DNA of 63,906 nucleotides, counting the filler, from an uncultured Methanosarcinales archaeon (lineage in GTDB: Archaea; Nanobdellota; Nanobdellia; Woesearchaeales; CAZPJY01), in the NCBI GenBank assembly GCA_964587045.1. It is 3 parts of 3 records of this genome, joined end to end, with 100 filler letters (N's around TTAATTAATTAA, not from the genome) between each part and the next. Parts side by side here need not be neighbours in the genome. Positions count along the whole stretch, not along the records: positions 1 to 28,303 come from CAZPJY010000025.1; positions 28,404 to 53,875 come from CAZPJY010000026.1; 1 more part is not named here. One strand, 5' to 3'. Below, piece by piece: positions 18,628-29,059 of the stretch. Below the pieces are notes generated by a model. The model was not told the DNA's origin, searched no databases, and worked only from the letters and a program-made list of their open reading frames with translations. A program made the position numbers and the translations under genes. Each line of letters opens with the position of its first letter. Position 1 is the stretch's first letter.

Positions 18628-19766
18628 GGATACTTCACACTGGTGTCGTCTTCGACCCAAGCGACTTCAACGGGGTGAAGAACAAGATGATCCAGCAGTC
18701 GGCGGAGCTGGTCAGGCGCGGGCATGAAGTCACGGTCTACACGTCCAACGCAAAGACTGAGACGCGTAACCACCGGCTGAAGGCCCGGACGATCAAAGGC
18801 ATCAAGGTCCGCTACTTCAACAGGATATTACCCAAGCTCATGAGCTCTTGGTTCCTCACACCTTCTATGATAAGATATGTATCCAAGCACATCAAGTCGT
18901 TCGACATCGTCCAGCTCTATTCCCACAGGAACTTCCAAAATACTGTGGCCTATTGCTACTGCAGGAAGTATGGGATACCATATGTGTTGTCGCCAGGCGG
19001 ATCGCTGCCTCACCACGGTTCACGGACGCTTTTCAAGAAGGTTTATGATGCTGTGGTTGGCAACAGGATAATAAGGGATGCCGAATACCTCATCGGGCTT
19101 ACTGAGCTCGAAGGCGAGCAGTGCCGTGAGTGGTCGGGAAAGAAAGGGAAGGTTGTGGTGATACCCAACGCCGTGGACCCTAGATCGATACCGGGCAAGG
19201 ACCCGAACTTCCTTGGGGAGAGGTACGGCATCAAGTCGCGCAGGGTGGTTCTCTTCGTCGGGAGGATTAGCAACGTCAAGGGACTGCCCTTCCTTGTTCG
19301 GGCCGTGGCCAGGTCGAAAGGCACTCACCTGATAATTGCCGGCAGGGACCACGGCTATCTCAATGCTGTAAAGCGTGAGATCGCAAAGCAAGGTATCGGT
19401 GATAGGGTGACCTTCACAGGATATGTATCAGGCAACGACAAGTGGCAGCTGTACCTGAACGCGACTTGTTTCGCACTCCCCAGCAGGACGGAGGCCTTCG
19501 GGAACGTCGTGCCCGAAGCGCTTGCCTGCGGATGTCCGGTGATCGTTGCAGACACATGCGCGGTATCAAAGGCCATCAGAGAGGAGCGCATCGGTACCGT
19601 CGTGCGCTACAATGATATAGAAGGCCTGAAGGAGGCGATTGAAATTGAGGCTTCCCCTGATACTGTCGGGAGGGGAAAGCGTTACGTCGAGGCCAACTGG
19701 ACATGGAGATCGGTCGGCGACATCCTAGAAAAGGTCTACAGTGAAGCGATCGACGGGTTTTCATAA
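18624..19766 (+). CDS. GT4 glycosyltransferase
   Basis: RGHEVTVYT, VIPNAVD, LFVGRISNVKG, EAFGNVVPEALACG. ATG 18624 overlaps the upstream stop. Confidence 0.93.
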   Translation: MRILHTGVVFDPSDFNGVKNKMIQQSAELVRRGHEVTVYTSNAKTETRNHRLKARTIKGIKVRYFNRILPKLMSSWFLTPSMIRYVSKHIKSFDIVQLYSHRNFQNTVAYCYCRKYGIPYVLSPGGSLPHHGSRTLFKKVYDAVVGNRIIRDAEYLIGLTELEGEQCREWSGKKGKVVVIPNAVDPRSIPGKDPNFLGERYGIKSRRVVLFVGRISNVKGLPFLVRAVARSKGTHLIIAGRDHGYLNAVKREIAKQGIGDRVTFTGYVSGNDKWQLYLNATCFALPSRTEAFGNVVPEALACGCPVIVADTCAVSKAIREERIGTVVRYNDIEGLKEAIEIEASPDTVGRGKRYVEANWTWRSVGDILEKVYSEAIDGFS

Positions 19767-19798
19767 GCTTTTTAAATCTACAGGCAACCCTACCGACC

Positions 19799-20794
19799 AT
19801 GCAGCCGCTAGTGTCGCTTGTCATCTGTACGTACAACTCAGCTTCTTATCTGCCCAAGGTGCTTGACGCCATCGGCAGGCAGGATTATTCCCCCATGGAG
19901 ATAATAATAATCGACGACAACTCTGCCGACGGGACTGTCAGGCTCGCTGGGAGGTACAAGCGCAAGATGAAGGTACGGCGCTTCCTCATACACATAAAGG
20001 GAAGGTCGGAGCAGAAGGGCGCCGCTTCGAGCACCAACATCGGGTTTCGGCTCGCGAAGGGTGAGATTGTCTGCTCCATCGACTCTGACGCGGTCATCGA
20101 CAAGGGATGGGCAAAGGCAGTCGTCGAGAAGTTCAAGGACCCCAAGCTCGGTTCGATCGCTGGATACATCAGGACAGCCAACAGGGAAAACTTCTGGGCA
20201 AGCATCGCTGGCCTCGAGCTCGAGGACAGGTACGACCGCATCGCCGGCAAGTTCGTTGACCATGTCAGCACCTGCAACACCGCATACAGGGCGGACCTCA
20301 TCAGGAAGGTTGGTGGTTTCAGCGAGCAGATGTACTACGGATACGATGTCGACATGTCATACCGTATCACCAAGGCAGGATATAAGATACTCCTGCTCAA
20401 AAAAATCGGCTGTGACCACTACTGGAAAGAGAGTTTCACAAGTTATTTAAGGCAGCAATTCAATGTCGCGTATGGACGACTGGCGATCATCAGCGCCCAC
20501 CCTAAGCGTTATTTAGGAGATAAGGTATCGGGAGGGAAGCTAATCCTCCAGGTCCCGCTCACACTGTTGGCGATCGTCCTGCTGTTCATCATCCCCGAGG
20601 TCGGCATTGCGGTTCTCGTCGCGCTGATGTTATTCCAGATTCCCCAGACAGCAAGGATTATCAGGAGGGCGAAGAGCTGCAGGTTCGCGATCCTCCCCTT
20701 CATACTAATCCTGCGGAATTTGGTCTGGGCGTATGCCTTCCTGAAGTTCGGCATCAAAGAGCCGGGGAACGCGTTGAGGATAATCACGAGATGA
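19799..20794 (+). CDS. GT2 glycosyltransferase with C-terminal TM helices
   Basis: VSLVICTYN, IDDNSADGT, IDSD, YDVDM. Confidence 0.9.
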   Translation: MQPLVSLVICTYNSASYLPKVLDAIGRQDYSPMEIIIIDDNSADGTVRLAGRYKRKMKVRRFLIHIKGRSEQKGAASSTNIGFRLAKGEIVCSIDSDAVIDKGWAKAVVEKFKDPKLGSIAGYIRTANRENFWASIAGLELEDRYDRIAGKFVDHVSTCNTAYRADLIRKVGGFSEQMYYGYDVDMSYRITKAGYKILLLKKIGCDHYWKESFTSYLRQQFNVAYGRLAIISAHPKRYLGDKVSGGKLILQVPLTLLAIVLLFIIPEVGIAVLVALMLFQIPQTARIIRRAKSCRFAILPFILILRNLVWAYAFLKFGIKEPGNALRIITR

Positions 20795-20798
20795 TAGC

Positions 20799-22220
20799 AT
20801 GGCTAAGGTAACCTATCTCATACCGCCCGCTGAGAAGGGCAAGAACCCTGAGAGGACTTACGGCTGTTCCTATACCATATACCCCACGCCCAACCTTGCG
20901 ATACTTTACTCTGCTGCAGTCCTTCGCAAGGAGCATGACGTACGCTACGTGAACTACTCCTCCAAGAGCTGGCAGGACTTTGAGCGCAAGCTGCGGAATG
21001 ACGACTCCGACTTCTTCATCTTCCACACGGTGCTGCTCTCCACCAAGCCTGACACGCGCGCCTCCGACCTGGTGCTGAAGCGCACGAAGGCCAGGGTGAT
21101 ATACTTCGGGCCGCACCCGACCTATACCCCTGAGAAATTCCTGACCGACGAGAGGGTCGCGATCGCCAGGGGTGAGGCGGAGTTCGTGATAGAGAACCTG
21201 GTGAACGGGTGGGAAAGGAGATCCAAGATACTCGGCGTCAGCTACAGGTCCGGCGCAGAGGTTCACCACAATGGTACGGCTGGCATAATCGAAGACATTG
21301 ATATCCTACCCTTCCCAGCGCGGGACCTTGACACCGCATCCTATATCAACCCCAAGCTCTCCAACAAGAGGTTCACCAACATTCTCACTAGCAGGGGCTG
21401 CTCCTACAGGTGCTACTTCTGCGTTCCCATGGCCATTTCATGGGCGAGAGAGCTGGAGTGGAAGAAGTACAACAAAGGAAAGCCTCCTGTCACGACACGC
21501 TCGCCGGAAAACGTAATCGCAGAGCTCAAGAGTCTTTCGGCAGAAGGCCTAACCGAGATATCTTTCATCGACGACATGTTCATGTGGGGCGACGACCGCA
21601 TCATCAAGATATGCAAAGGCATGAAGGGACTCGGGTTCACCTTCGGCCTGCTCGCCAGGGCAGACCACCTGCAGGGGGAGGAGGTCGTAAAGGCGCTTGC
21701 CGAGGCGGGATGCAAGTACATCGACATAGGCGTGGAATCCTTCGACCAGACCGCCCTGAACTACGCGAGAAAGGGGCTGAAGGCAGAGACCGCCGAGAAG
21801 GCCATCATGCTCCTCAACAAGTATGGCATCGAGCCGAAAGTGAATATCATATTCGGCATGTCCCCCACAGAGACCAAGGAGTCGATGGAAGAGACCCTCA
21901 AGAAGACCAAGCAGCTCCCTATAAACTACGCGATGTTCTCCATCTGCACTCCGTTCCCCGGCACCGACTTCGAAGCTGCGGCAAAGGAGAACAAGTGGCA
22001 GATCATAAGCGGTGAGGAAGTGTATGAGAACCTGGATCCTGCGAAGCGCTCGCTCATACAGCTTCCAAAAATCTCTGCCAAGGAGCTGGAGAGGATGGCT
22101 AAGAAAGCGAACAGGGAGTTCTACCTGCGCCCCAGCATGATGAAGCGCCAGCTGGCAAAGGTTCGCGACGCAAAGAGCCTCGTTCAGAATATAAAGTCGG
22201 GCATCAGGCTGATAAAATGA
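20799..22220 (+). CDS. Radical SAM protein with N-terminal B12-binding-like domain
   Basis: GPHPT, RGEAE, SRGCSYRCYFC, FIDD, GVES, TPFPGT. Confidence 0.88.
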   Translation: MAKVTYLIPPAEKGKNPERTYGCSYTIYPTPNLAILYSAAVLRKEHDVRYVNYSSKSWQDFERKLRNDDSDFFIFHTVLLSTKPDTRASDLVLKRTKARVIYFGPHPTYTPEKFLTDERVAIARGEAEFVIENLVNGWERRSKILGVSYRSGAEVHHNGTAGIIEDIDILPFPARDLDTASYINPKLSNKRFTNILTSRGCSYRCYFCVPMAISWARELEWKKYNKGKPPVTTRSPENVIAELKSLSAEGLTEISFIDDMFMWGDDRIIKICKGMKGLGFTFGLLARADHLQGEEVVKALAEAGCKYIDIGVESFDQTALNYARKGLKAETAEKAIMLLNKYGIEPKVNIIFGMSPTETKESMEETLKKTKQLPINYAMFSICTPFPGTDFEAAAKENKWQIISGEEVYENLDPAKRSLIQLPKISAKELERMAKKANREFYLRPSMMKRQLAKVRDAKSLVQNIKSGIRLIK

Positions 22221-23194
22221 ATGTAATAACGCAAGGTATAGGCAGGCTTCTGTACTGGCAGCCGAGCAGGCCCAGGCGTGCCCAGATTGAGGTGACCAAC
22301 CTCTGCAACCTGGACTGCGCCATGTGCCCTCGCAAGGACCTTGGGGTGGACTTCAAGGCCATGGACCTCAAGACCTTCAAGAGGTTGGTGGACAGGCTGG
22401 AGGGAATCGAGGAGCTCGACCTGACAGGCTGGGGGGAGTCGTTCACGCACAAGGAAGTTTTCTCCATGATCAGGTACGCGACCGACAAGGGGATAAAGGT
22501 CTCTGTCACCTCCAACGCCCTTCTGCTCAACAATGAGAACAGGAAGAGGCTCATAGACTCCGGGCTGTGGAGGATAAGCTTTTCAATCGACAGCGTCGCC
22601 ACAGACCAGCCGTGGGGACACCTCAACCAAAAGGGGCTCGACAACATTAAGGCATTAATCGATGAGTCTGGCATAGACGTCAGGGTGATCACGACCCTCC
22701 ATCCTGAAGGCAAAAAGGACGTCCTTGACGTCGTGAGGTTTGCTGGGGGCCTCGGTATCAAGGAGGTCCTGCTATCACGTCTGGACCTCAGGTTCAATGA
22801 CAAGCTGAAGCGCGCTTCTGAGGATGAGGAACGCGAGATATTCAAGGCTGCAGAAAAGGAGGGAAGGAGGAATGGGGTGACGGTGAACTTCGTGCCGTAC
22901 GCGTTCGGCTTCGGGGCCAGCAGGACGCTCTACAAGCTGACCAGGAGATTCCTCCACCAGGGAGGCAGGTACTGCCTCAAAACCTATGACTACATCTACT
23001 TCAACGTCAACGCCGAGGCGACGCCTTGCTGCGCCCTGCCCACCTACAATGTCGGCGATCCCTTCGGGGAGGACATCGGGTCGCTTTGGATGAACGACGC
23101 CTTCCGAACCTTCCGCAGGAAGCAGAGAAAGATATGCTCGGTCTGCGACACCGCGATGGTGAAGAACCTGGTCCCCTCAGGCAGGAAAGATTAA
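22217..23194 (+). CDS. Radical SAM protein with SPASM/Twitch-like C-terminus
   Basis: CNLDCAMC, GWGE, C-terminal YC...PCC...CSVC. Confidence 0.88.
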   Translation: MNVITQGIGRLLYWQPSRPRRAQIEVTNLCNLDCAMCPRKDLGVDFKAMDLKTFKRLVDRLEGIEELDLTGWGESFTHKEVFSMIRYATDKGIKVSVTSNALLLNNENRKRLIDSGLWRISFSIDSVATDQPWGHLNQKGLDNIKALIDESGIDVRVITTLHPEGKKDVLDVVRFAGGLGIKEVLLSRLDLRFNDKLKRASEDEEREIFKAAEKEGRRNGVTVNFVPYAFGFGASRTLYKLTRRFLHQGGRYCLKTYDYIYFNVNAEATPCCALPTYNVGDPFGEDIGSLWMNDAFRTFRRKQRKICSVCDTAMVKNLVPSGRKD

Positions 23195-23221
23195 TATAGA
23201 AAGCCTGATTTAGGCGCTCGC

Positions 23222-25072
23222 ATGGAGTTCATGAACTTTGTGAGCATCATATTGTTCTTCGTCTACACCTGGGGATTCGGCTCCGCAGCCACAGCATTCC
23301 TGAAACTCAAAGGGACAGTCCTTGAGAGGTTCTTCACAAGAGTCGGTATCGGATTCGGTGTCTGGATTTCGTTGGGCATAATCCTAAACGCTCTGAACAT
23401 CCCCCTCCACTGGCTGGTGTTCCTCGTGCTCTCGATCGCGTATCCGGTCTATTCCCTCATCAGGAAGGGGAGAGCCAAACGCAAATCCCTCATGAAGGGC
23501 GGGAAGGTCACCTTCTCAAAAGACATGCTGGCCGAGGGGATAGTGCTGCTGCTGGCACTAATAATCTTTGCGGTCTACCTGCACGCTTCCTGGGACCCGG
23601 GATTCATGCCTTCCGCATACTTCGCAGACAGCGATCCCATGCCGCATGCGGGGAACACCGTCTATGTGGCCATGACCCACACGATCGACCGGCCGGTCGG
23701 TCCGGACTACAAGGGGAGCATTACTAACACGTTTTCGCCTTACCCGCAAGGCTTCGGGATCGTCTATGGGGTTCTTCACCAGACATCGCCCTCTGTCTTT
23801 TGGACTCTCAAGTTCTTCAACATGCTGATAATAGGCCTCACCATCGTGTTCTTCTACTACTTCGCTCTGCGCTTCGTCGGGAGCAGGGGCAAGGCTCTGC
23901 TCGCCACCTTCTTGCTCTGGGCGATTCCCTCATACCTCTCAAGGTTCATCTGGCCCACCGCGATGAATATGGCCCTTTTCTCGGTAGCGTTCTACTGCTC
24001 AATCATGCTCAAGGACAGCAAGTGGTGGTTCGTGCCAGGAGGCCTCGTGGTCGGGGCCATCATGGTGACACAGGGGACAACCAATGTCATCTTCGGAATG
24101 TTCTTCGCCCTATGGTGGGTCGTCGACCTGGTGCAGAATAGGAAGTTCAACCTGTGGCTCACTGCCCTGGCTGTACTGGGCATACTCATTGCCGTCGTCT
24201 TCTACCTGCCCTACACCTTCAACGGCGACATGGCGGTCGGTGGCACATTTGAGGGCATCAGCAGGTCTTCGGGCCTTTACGGCGGATTCTACACCGTTGC
24301 TGACCACATCGTAGCCCGCACCGCAGGCAAGATAGACAACACGGAAGGATGGGGCGTCTTCATATCCCTCCTGCTAGCCACGGGGCTCGTGTTCTTTTTC
24401 ATACGTCCCAAGAAGAACATAAAGAGCCTATGGGTGGTGACAGCCTTCCTTTGGTTCGTGCTGTCGATGCTGGGCACCAACTCCATGAGGCTGCCCTACC
24501 ACTTCTACGGTCACAGGTTCTGGGTCGCGTTGGCGATACCCGTCGTGCTGATCGCGGCCGAGGGTGGGGTGGAGCTGACCAAATTGCTCAAGAAGCTGAA
24601 GGTTCCTGCCCTTCTCGTGATGATAATTATTGTTGCTGGCGTTATGATGACTTCCGCCTATCCGAAGTACAAGGTCAACACATCGCCCTGGCCCATCGGG
24701 GTCTACGCTAACCCAACTGAGCTTGCGTCTTACCTTTGGCTAAAAAACCTTCCGGAGAACACGATGGTCATGCCGCTGTGCTCCCAGGAGTACAAGGTAA
24801 TCGCACTTGACAAGCTCAGCGTCGGCTGGCTGCCAGAGATCGTCGACTATCACGAGAACTGGGGCTGGAACGCGACACCCGATGAGAGCTACGACTTCTT
24901 GAAAAGGTTCGGCTACGAATACATCATAATAGACTCACAATGCGCCATCGACAAGGGCGTAAACGAGACCAACGAAAAGATCATGGCATACGGCCAGAAT
25001 CCGAGATACAGGCTGGTCTACCCTGCCAAGGAAGGCGACCCTAACGGCGCCCTCATCTTCAGGCTGGTCTAG
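23222..25072 (+). CDS. Polytopic membrane protein, probable GT-C-type glycosyltransferase
   Basis: More than 10 TM helices, DSDPMPH loop, YPQGF, C-terminal extracellular domain; sits in the glycosylation locus. Confidence 0.6.
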   Translation: MEFMNFVSIILFFVYTWGFGSAATAFLKLKGTVLERFFTRVGIGFGVWISLGIILNALNIPLHWLVFLVLSIAYPVYSLIRKGRAKRKSLMKGGKVTFSKDMLAEGIVLLLALIIFAVYLHASWDPGFMPSAYFADSDPMPHAGNTVYVAMTHTIDRPVGPDYKGSITNTFSPYPQGFGIVYGVLHQTSPSVFWTLKFFNMLIIGLTIVFFYYFALRFVGSRGKALLATFLLWAIPSYLSRFIWPTAMNMALFSVAFYCSIMLKDSKWWFVPGGLVVGAIMVTQGTTNVIFGMFFALWWVVDLVQNRKFNLWLTALAVLGILIAVVFYLPYTFNGDMAVGGTFEGISRSSGLYGGFYTVADHIVARTAGKIDNTEGWGVFISLLLATGLVFFFIRPKKNIKSLWVVTAFLWFVLSMLGTNSMRLPYHFYGHRFWVALAIPVVLIAAEGGVELTKLLKKLKVPALLVMIIIVAGVMMTSAYPKYKVNTSPWPIGVYANPTELASYLWLKNLPENTMVMPLCSQEYKVIALDKLSVGWLPEIVDYHENWGWNATPDESYDFLKRFGYEYIIIDSQCAIDKGVNETNEKIMAYGQNPRYRLVYPAKEGDPNGALIFRLV

Positions 25073-25404
25073 CGCTTCTTCGCCTTGTCAAGTGCGACCT
25101 TCCTGACGACCGTCTCGATCTTCTTCATTATCTTCTTCTGCTGGACGTACAGCCTAAAGATTATCACGGAGAAGAAGGCGAAGCCGACCATGACGAAGAA
25201 GTCCACGGTACGCTCTATTGAGAAGACGTACATGAGCTCGTAAAGCGATCTTGGAAACAGCGTCAGGAAGATGAAGAAGATCCATACAATCGTCCAAACC
25301 AAAAAGCCCCTCCTATCGTAGTCTCCCCTCTTGAAGTAGAGGAAGGTGAAGTAGAGCATGCCGATTCCGAAAAGAAGACCAATTAGTTGTATCCCAACTA
25401 TCAT
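25069..25404 (-). CDS. DUF2304-like small membrane protein
   Basis: Three TM helices plus a basic tail (KKIETVVRKVAL). Directly downstream of a GT2, the usual pairing. Confidence 0.75.
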   Translation of the reverse strand: MIVGIQLIGLLFGIGMLYFTFLYFKRGDYDRRGFLVWTIVWIFFIFLTLFPRSLYELMYVFSIERTVDFFVMVGFAFFSVIIFRLYVQQKKIMKKIETVVRKVALDKAKKR

Positions 25405-26063
25405 TGTCTTAACCTCCATTGGATGAGATTTAATGTTATCTTGATACCGTCAATAATTGTGGTTCCTTTGTACTTGTCGCTGTAGATCGTGCTTATCGTG
25501 ACCTCGCAGTATTTCAGGTGGTGCCTTCCCGCGTTTGCGATCATCTCTGACTCCATAGAGTAGTCGTTCGCTTCCCACCTGCACTTCCTGTAGGCGTCTG
25601 CTGTCATGGCGCGGTAGCCTGACTGTGTGTCCTTGAGCTTGATGCCGAAGAGCAGCTTCGTTATAGAATTTATGGAGCGGTTGCCGAACTTGAGCAAAGC
25701 AGGCATGTCTTTGGACATCATGCGCGCCCCAAACACGAGGTCGCACCCTGGCAGGCGGGACAGCAGGAGGGGGATCTCTTCGGGCCTGTGCTGGCCGTCC
25801 CCGTCCAGGGCCAGCAGGTACTCGGCGCCGTGGCTTAACGCATAGTCAAACCCCGTCTTCAGCGCGGCCCCCTTGCCCATGTTGACCAGGTGCCTGAGGA
25901 CGGTTGCTCCGGCCTCAAATGCCGCTTGGGATGTACCGTCCCATGAGCCGTCGTCTACGACCACCACGTGATTCAGAATCTTCTTGGTGCGGCGGACCAC
26001 GTCAGCTATGTGCGCCGCCTCATTCAGTGCCGATATTACTGCCCAGGTCCGGCTCTTGATCAA
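25401..26063 (-). CDS. GT2 dolichol-phosphate-sugar synthase-like glycosyltransferase
   Basis: VVDDGSWDGT, NMGKGAAL, LDGDGQH, DTQSGYRA. TTG start with ggagg SD, overlapping the 3' end of aglB by 44 nt. Confidence 0.9.
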   Translation of the reverse strand: MIKSRTWAVISALNEAAHIADVVRRTKKILNHVVVVDDGSWDGTSQAAFEAGATVLRHLVNMGKGAALKTGFDYALSHGAEYLLALDGDGQHRPEEIPLLLSRLPGCDLVFGARMMSKDMPALLKFGNRSINSITKLLFGIKLKDTQSGYRAMTADAYRKCRWEANDYSMESEMIANAGRHHLKYCEVTISTIYSDKYKGTTIIDGIKITLNLIQWRLRQ

Positions 26064-28303
26064 CTGGCTTTTCCTCCGTGGTGTTTATCTGAGGCTCAAC
26101 AGTCATGACTTCCTCAGATTCGTTCCCCACTTCCTCCACTGGCAGGTCCTGCCCTTCCCAATCGATCTTCCAGACGTAAATGTCATCACCGGTCACGGTG
26201 AACGCTGAAGTGAAAAGCTTGAAATGCCTCAATGATGGATCCTGGAAGAAGAACGTCCGCGTGAATATGCTCTTGGCCAGGCTCGGCTCCATTATCACGA
26301 AGTTGTATGCGTTCTCGCCTTTCTTGATAATGCCCATCGAGAAGCCGATGTTCGCTCCTGTGAAGACCTTCTCCTTGAAGGTGTTGCCGTCCATGTAGAC
26401 GACCGAGACCGGTGAAACCTTGCCTTGCGGGGTGTCGGCATATATATCATATGTATCGAGGTTGACCCTGAAGTTCAGGCTGTACTGGGAGAACGGGCAT
26501 ATAAGCTCGTTGCCTGTCTTTTGGCAAGGGGCGTCCCTGCCGGCGTAGCTGGGCCATGGCGCTATCCAGTTGTTCGGGTCCTGGGTCTGGATCTCATAAT
26601 AATACTTGTCAGCAGTCTCCTCGTCCAGGCCGAATTCAGATATGAGATACTCCACGGCATTTGCCTTGCTCATCTTCCTGACCTGGTTGGCCATCTTCGA
26701 CCTCCTGAAGTCCCAGGCGCCGAAGTGCGCCCAAACGCCGGACTTGCTGACCATGTCTTCGCTGGTTATGAAATAGTCCGCTGGGGGATCGCAGTGGGAA
26801 TACTCCAGAACCTCATCGGTCTGCTCTGGAGAGAAGTGCTCCAGGAGATAACCCTTTGCGCTTTCCCTGTCCATTACCATGATGTCGTTTAGAATGTCGA
26901 TGGAGTGTACCACATCCCCGCCGGTGAAGTTCTCCAGCTTGTCGAAAGCCGTGTTCGAGCCGCAGTCCAGCATCCTTAGTATCCCTACAGACAGGGTTTC
27001 GTTGTCGGTGAGCATGAGCTTGCCAAGCCAGTGCGCTGCGGGGTTGTTCTGACGCCCGCCGTCCAGCGTCGCCGCGCGGTCGGCCATCGCCTCGAACCAG
27101 TGGCCGAAGTCCCACCATGAGTTGATTATCGCGTCCGGCTGGGAGTCTTCGTTGATCTGCTTGAGGACCCCGTCCCACGCGTCGTTGTAGCTTGGAATCT
27201 CGTGGTAGCCCGTGTCATAGCCAGCCCTTATAGGCTTGAGCAGCAGGAGGCTGAATAGGACGATCAAGACGACGCTTGCGATGACCTTCTTGACGTCAAG
27301 TTCACGTGATATCCATCGGGTTGTCATCCTGTGCAGCAGCCCGATTGACACGCCGAAACCGATTGCGAAAGCTGGGACGAGCAGCAGCACGTAGCGGACG
27401 CCTCTGGTGCTCGCCCAAATGGTCGCTACCATCCAGATGATTAGGAAGACTGCGTACTTGATGTCGACGCCCTCTTCCTTGCGTATGATCGAATGGATCA
27501 TCTTGTACAGTATGGGGACGAGCGCCAGCGCCAGGAACACGAAGACGTTGGTTATGACGTTGTCTATGTTTATGAGTATCGCGTACCACACCGCCACGGC
27601 AGCGAGGAATATAGCATCCCTCTTGATGTTCTTAAGAGAGATTAGGGTCGCAGCGACACCCAGCATGCCCAGCACGAATATTATGGAGCTGCCAAACGAT
27701 ATTTGGCTTATGACCCCTGAGAGGGGCAGCGCGTTTTGCTCCGCTACCGTCGTGAAGACGTTTGGCCAAAGCGTTATGGTGGCCACGTCCTTGAACCTTA
27801 TGAACTGGAGTGGGCCCTGCGTGAAGAGGTAGATGGTCGTGTTGAAGCCGTTAATCAGAGTCCCGCCTATTATTGTGGTCACGAAGATGGTCAGGATGTT
27901 TATGCCCGCGTCCCGGATCTGCTTTGCGTGCAGTATGTCTTTTAGGCTCTTGCCCGCAACCAGCTCCTTAGCAATCCAGTAAGCCAGGTACCATATGATT
28001 GCGGCGATGATGAAGTAAGTGATGTACCACCAGCCGTGCCACGCGTATGAGAATATGCCTGTCAGCAGTCCTGCAAGGCCACCGTATAGGATCTTCTTCT
28101 TGATATCCTTCGCCTCGAAGGCCTCGATGAATAGCCAGAATATGAAAAGGGGGAAAGTGACGTTGTATGCGTCGGTGTCGGCGAATCCGCCTGATGTCCT
28201 TGTCACGAATGATGGGTGGACGGCCAGGAATACCGATGCGAACAGCCCTCCGAGGTTGCCGCCCACTTTCCTTCCGATGAAGAATGCCGGAATCACCGCA
28301 AGA
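26020..28303 (-). CDS. aglB: Oligosaccharyltransferase AglB (STT3), 5'-partial at contig end
   Basis: GFADTD, TVAEQ, SWWDFGHW, DGG and DMVSK (DK motif); many TM helices. Confidence 0.95.
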
Positions 28304-28403
28304 NNNNNNNNNNNNNNNNNNNNNNNNNNNNNNNNNNNNNNNNNNNNTTAATTAATTAANNNNNNNNNNNNNNNNNNNNNNNNNNNNNNNNNNNNNNNNN
28401 NNN
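28304..28403. other. Artificial contig spacer
   Basis: 44 N + TTAATTAATTAA (stops in all six frames) + 44 N. Confidence 0.98.
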
Positions 28404-28857
28404 TGTCCTTGCCTTCCTTGTTGTACAGGAAGTGGTCTATGAATTCTTCCTCTGAGCCGTACATGCGGCTGGCTTTGACTGCGGTGAAGAGGAGAGCTCC
28501 CGAACCGAGGATTCTGTTCCCCTCCACTATCACTGCCCGGTCCCTTCTAAGCGCTGGCGTTATGAACTGCTCGAGGGTCCTTTTCCTGATTGAGGGCTGA
28601 TCAGGATACTTGTTGAATCGCGAAGGCAGTGAGTAGTCCTCATTTTCTACAAGGTCGCAGTCGTAGGTTATTATCAGACCAGCGAGCTCTTCCTGTAGCT
28701 CTGTGTCTGGCTGCGCGCTTTTCCCTTTCGCCTTTATTGAGAAGTATTCGTCTATCATGACTTTTCCTAGGCCGTAGAAAATGGAATTGCGGTCGAAAGA
28801 CTCTTCTCTCGCAAACTTTGGGTTTGAAAGGTTTTCGACTTTTATCCTCAAAGACAT
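28404..28857 (-). CDS. Diadenylate cyclase (DisA_N/DAC)-like protein, 3'-partial
   Basis: AGLIITYD...FITPALRRDRAVIVEGNRILGSGALL aligns by eye with the DAC core GxLIVxxD...DGAVII..xxI.AAxxYL. The RHR motif region is lost in the gap. gaggtg SD. Confidence 0.55.
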
Positions 28858-29059
28858 CTTACACCTCTTTTCATGAAAAGACCGGTTTATTTAATCCTTA
28901 TTTATTTTCACCTATAAATATTTTGTTAATTTTCAATTTTAAATATAAAATAAGCTATATTTTTGATTTTAATGGGAAAATAGAACTACAAGTTTGGTTT
29001 TAGGTAATTTTCCCCTAATTAAATGTTAAAATGAGGCTTAATAAGGTTTATTTAGTAAA

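Noticed and set aside
8276..28303. Island integrated at tRNA-His
   Set aside because: No integrase, and I found no duplicated tRNA 3' end.
28304..28403. TTAATTAATTAA palindrome flanked by N runs, repeated at 53876-53975
   Set aside because: Identical 100-nt linker with stops in all six frames: an artificial contig join, not a biological repeat.
26020..28857. Apparent linkage of aglB with the DAC-like ORF, and of the 53101 ORF with ileS
   Set aside because: Each pair is separated by a spacer, so the adjacency carries no information. The truncated ORFs are contig ends, not pseudogenes.
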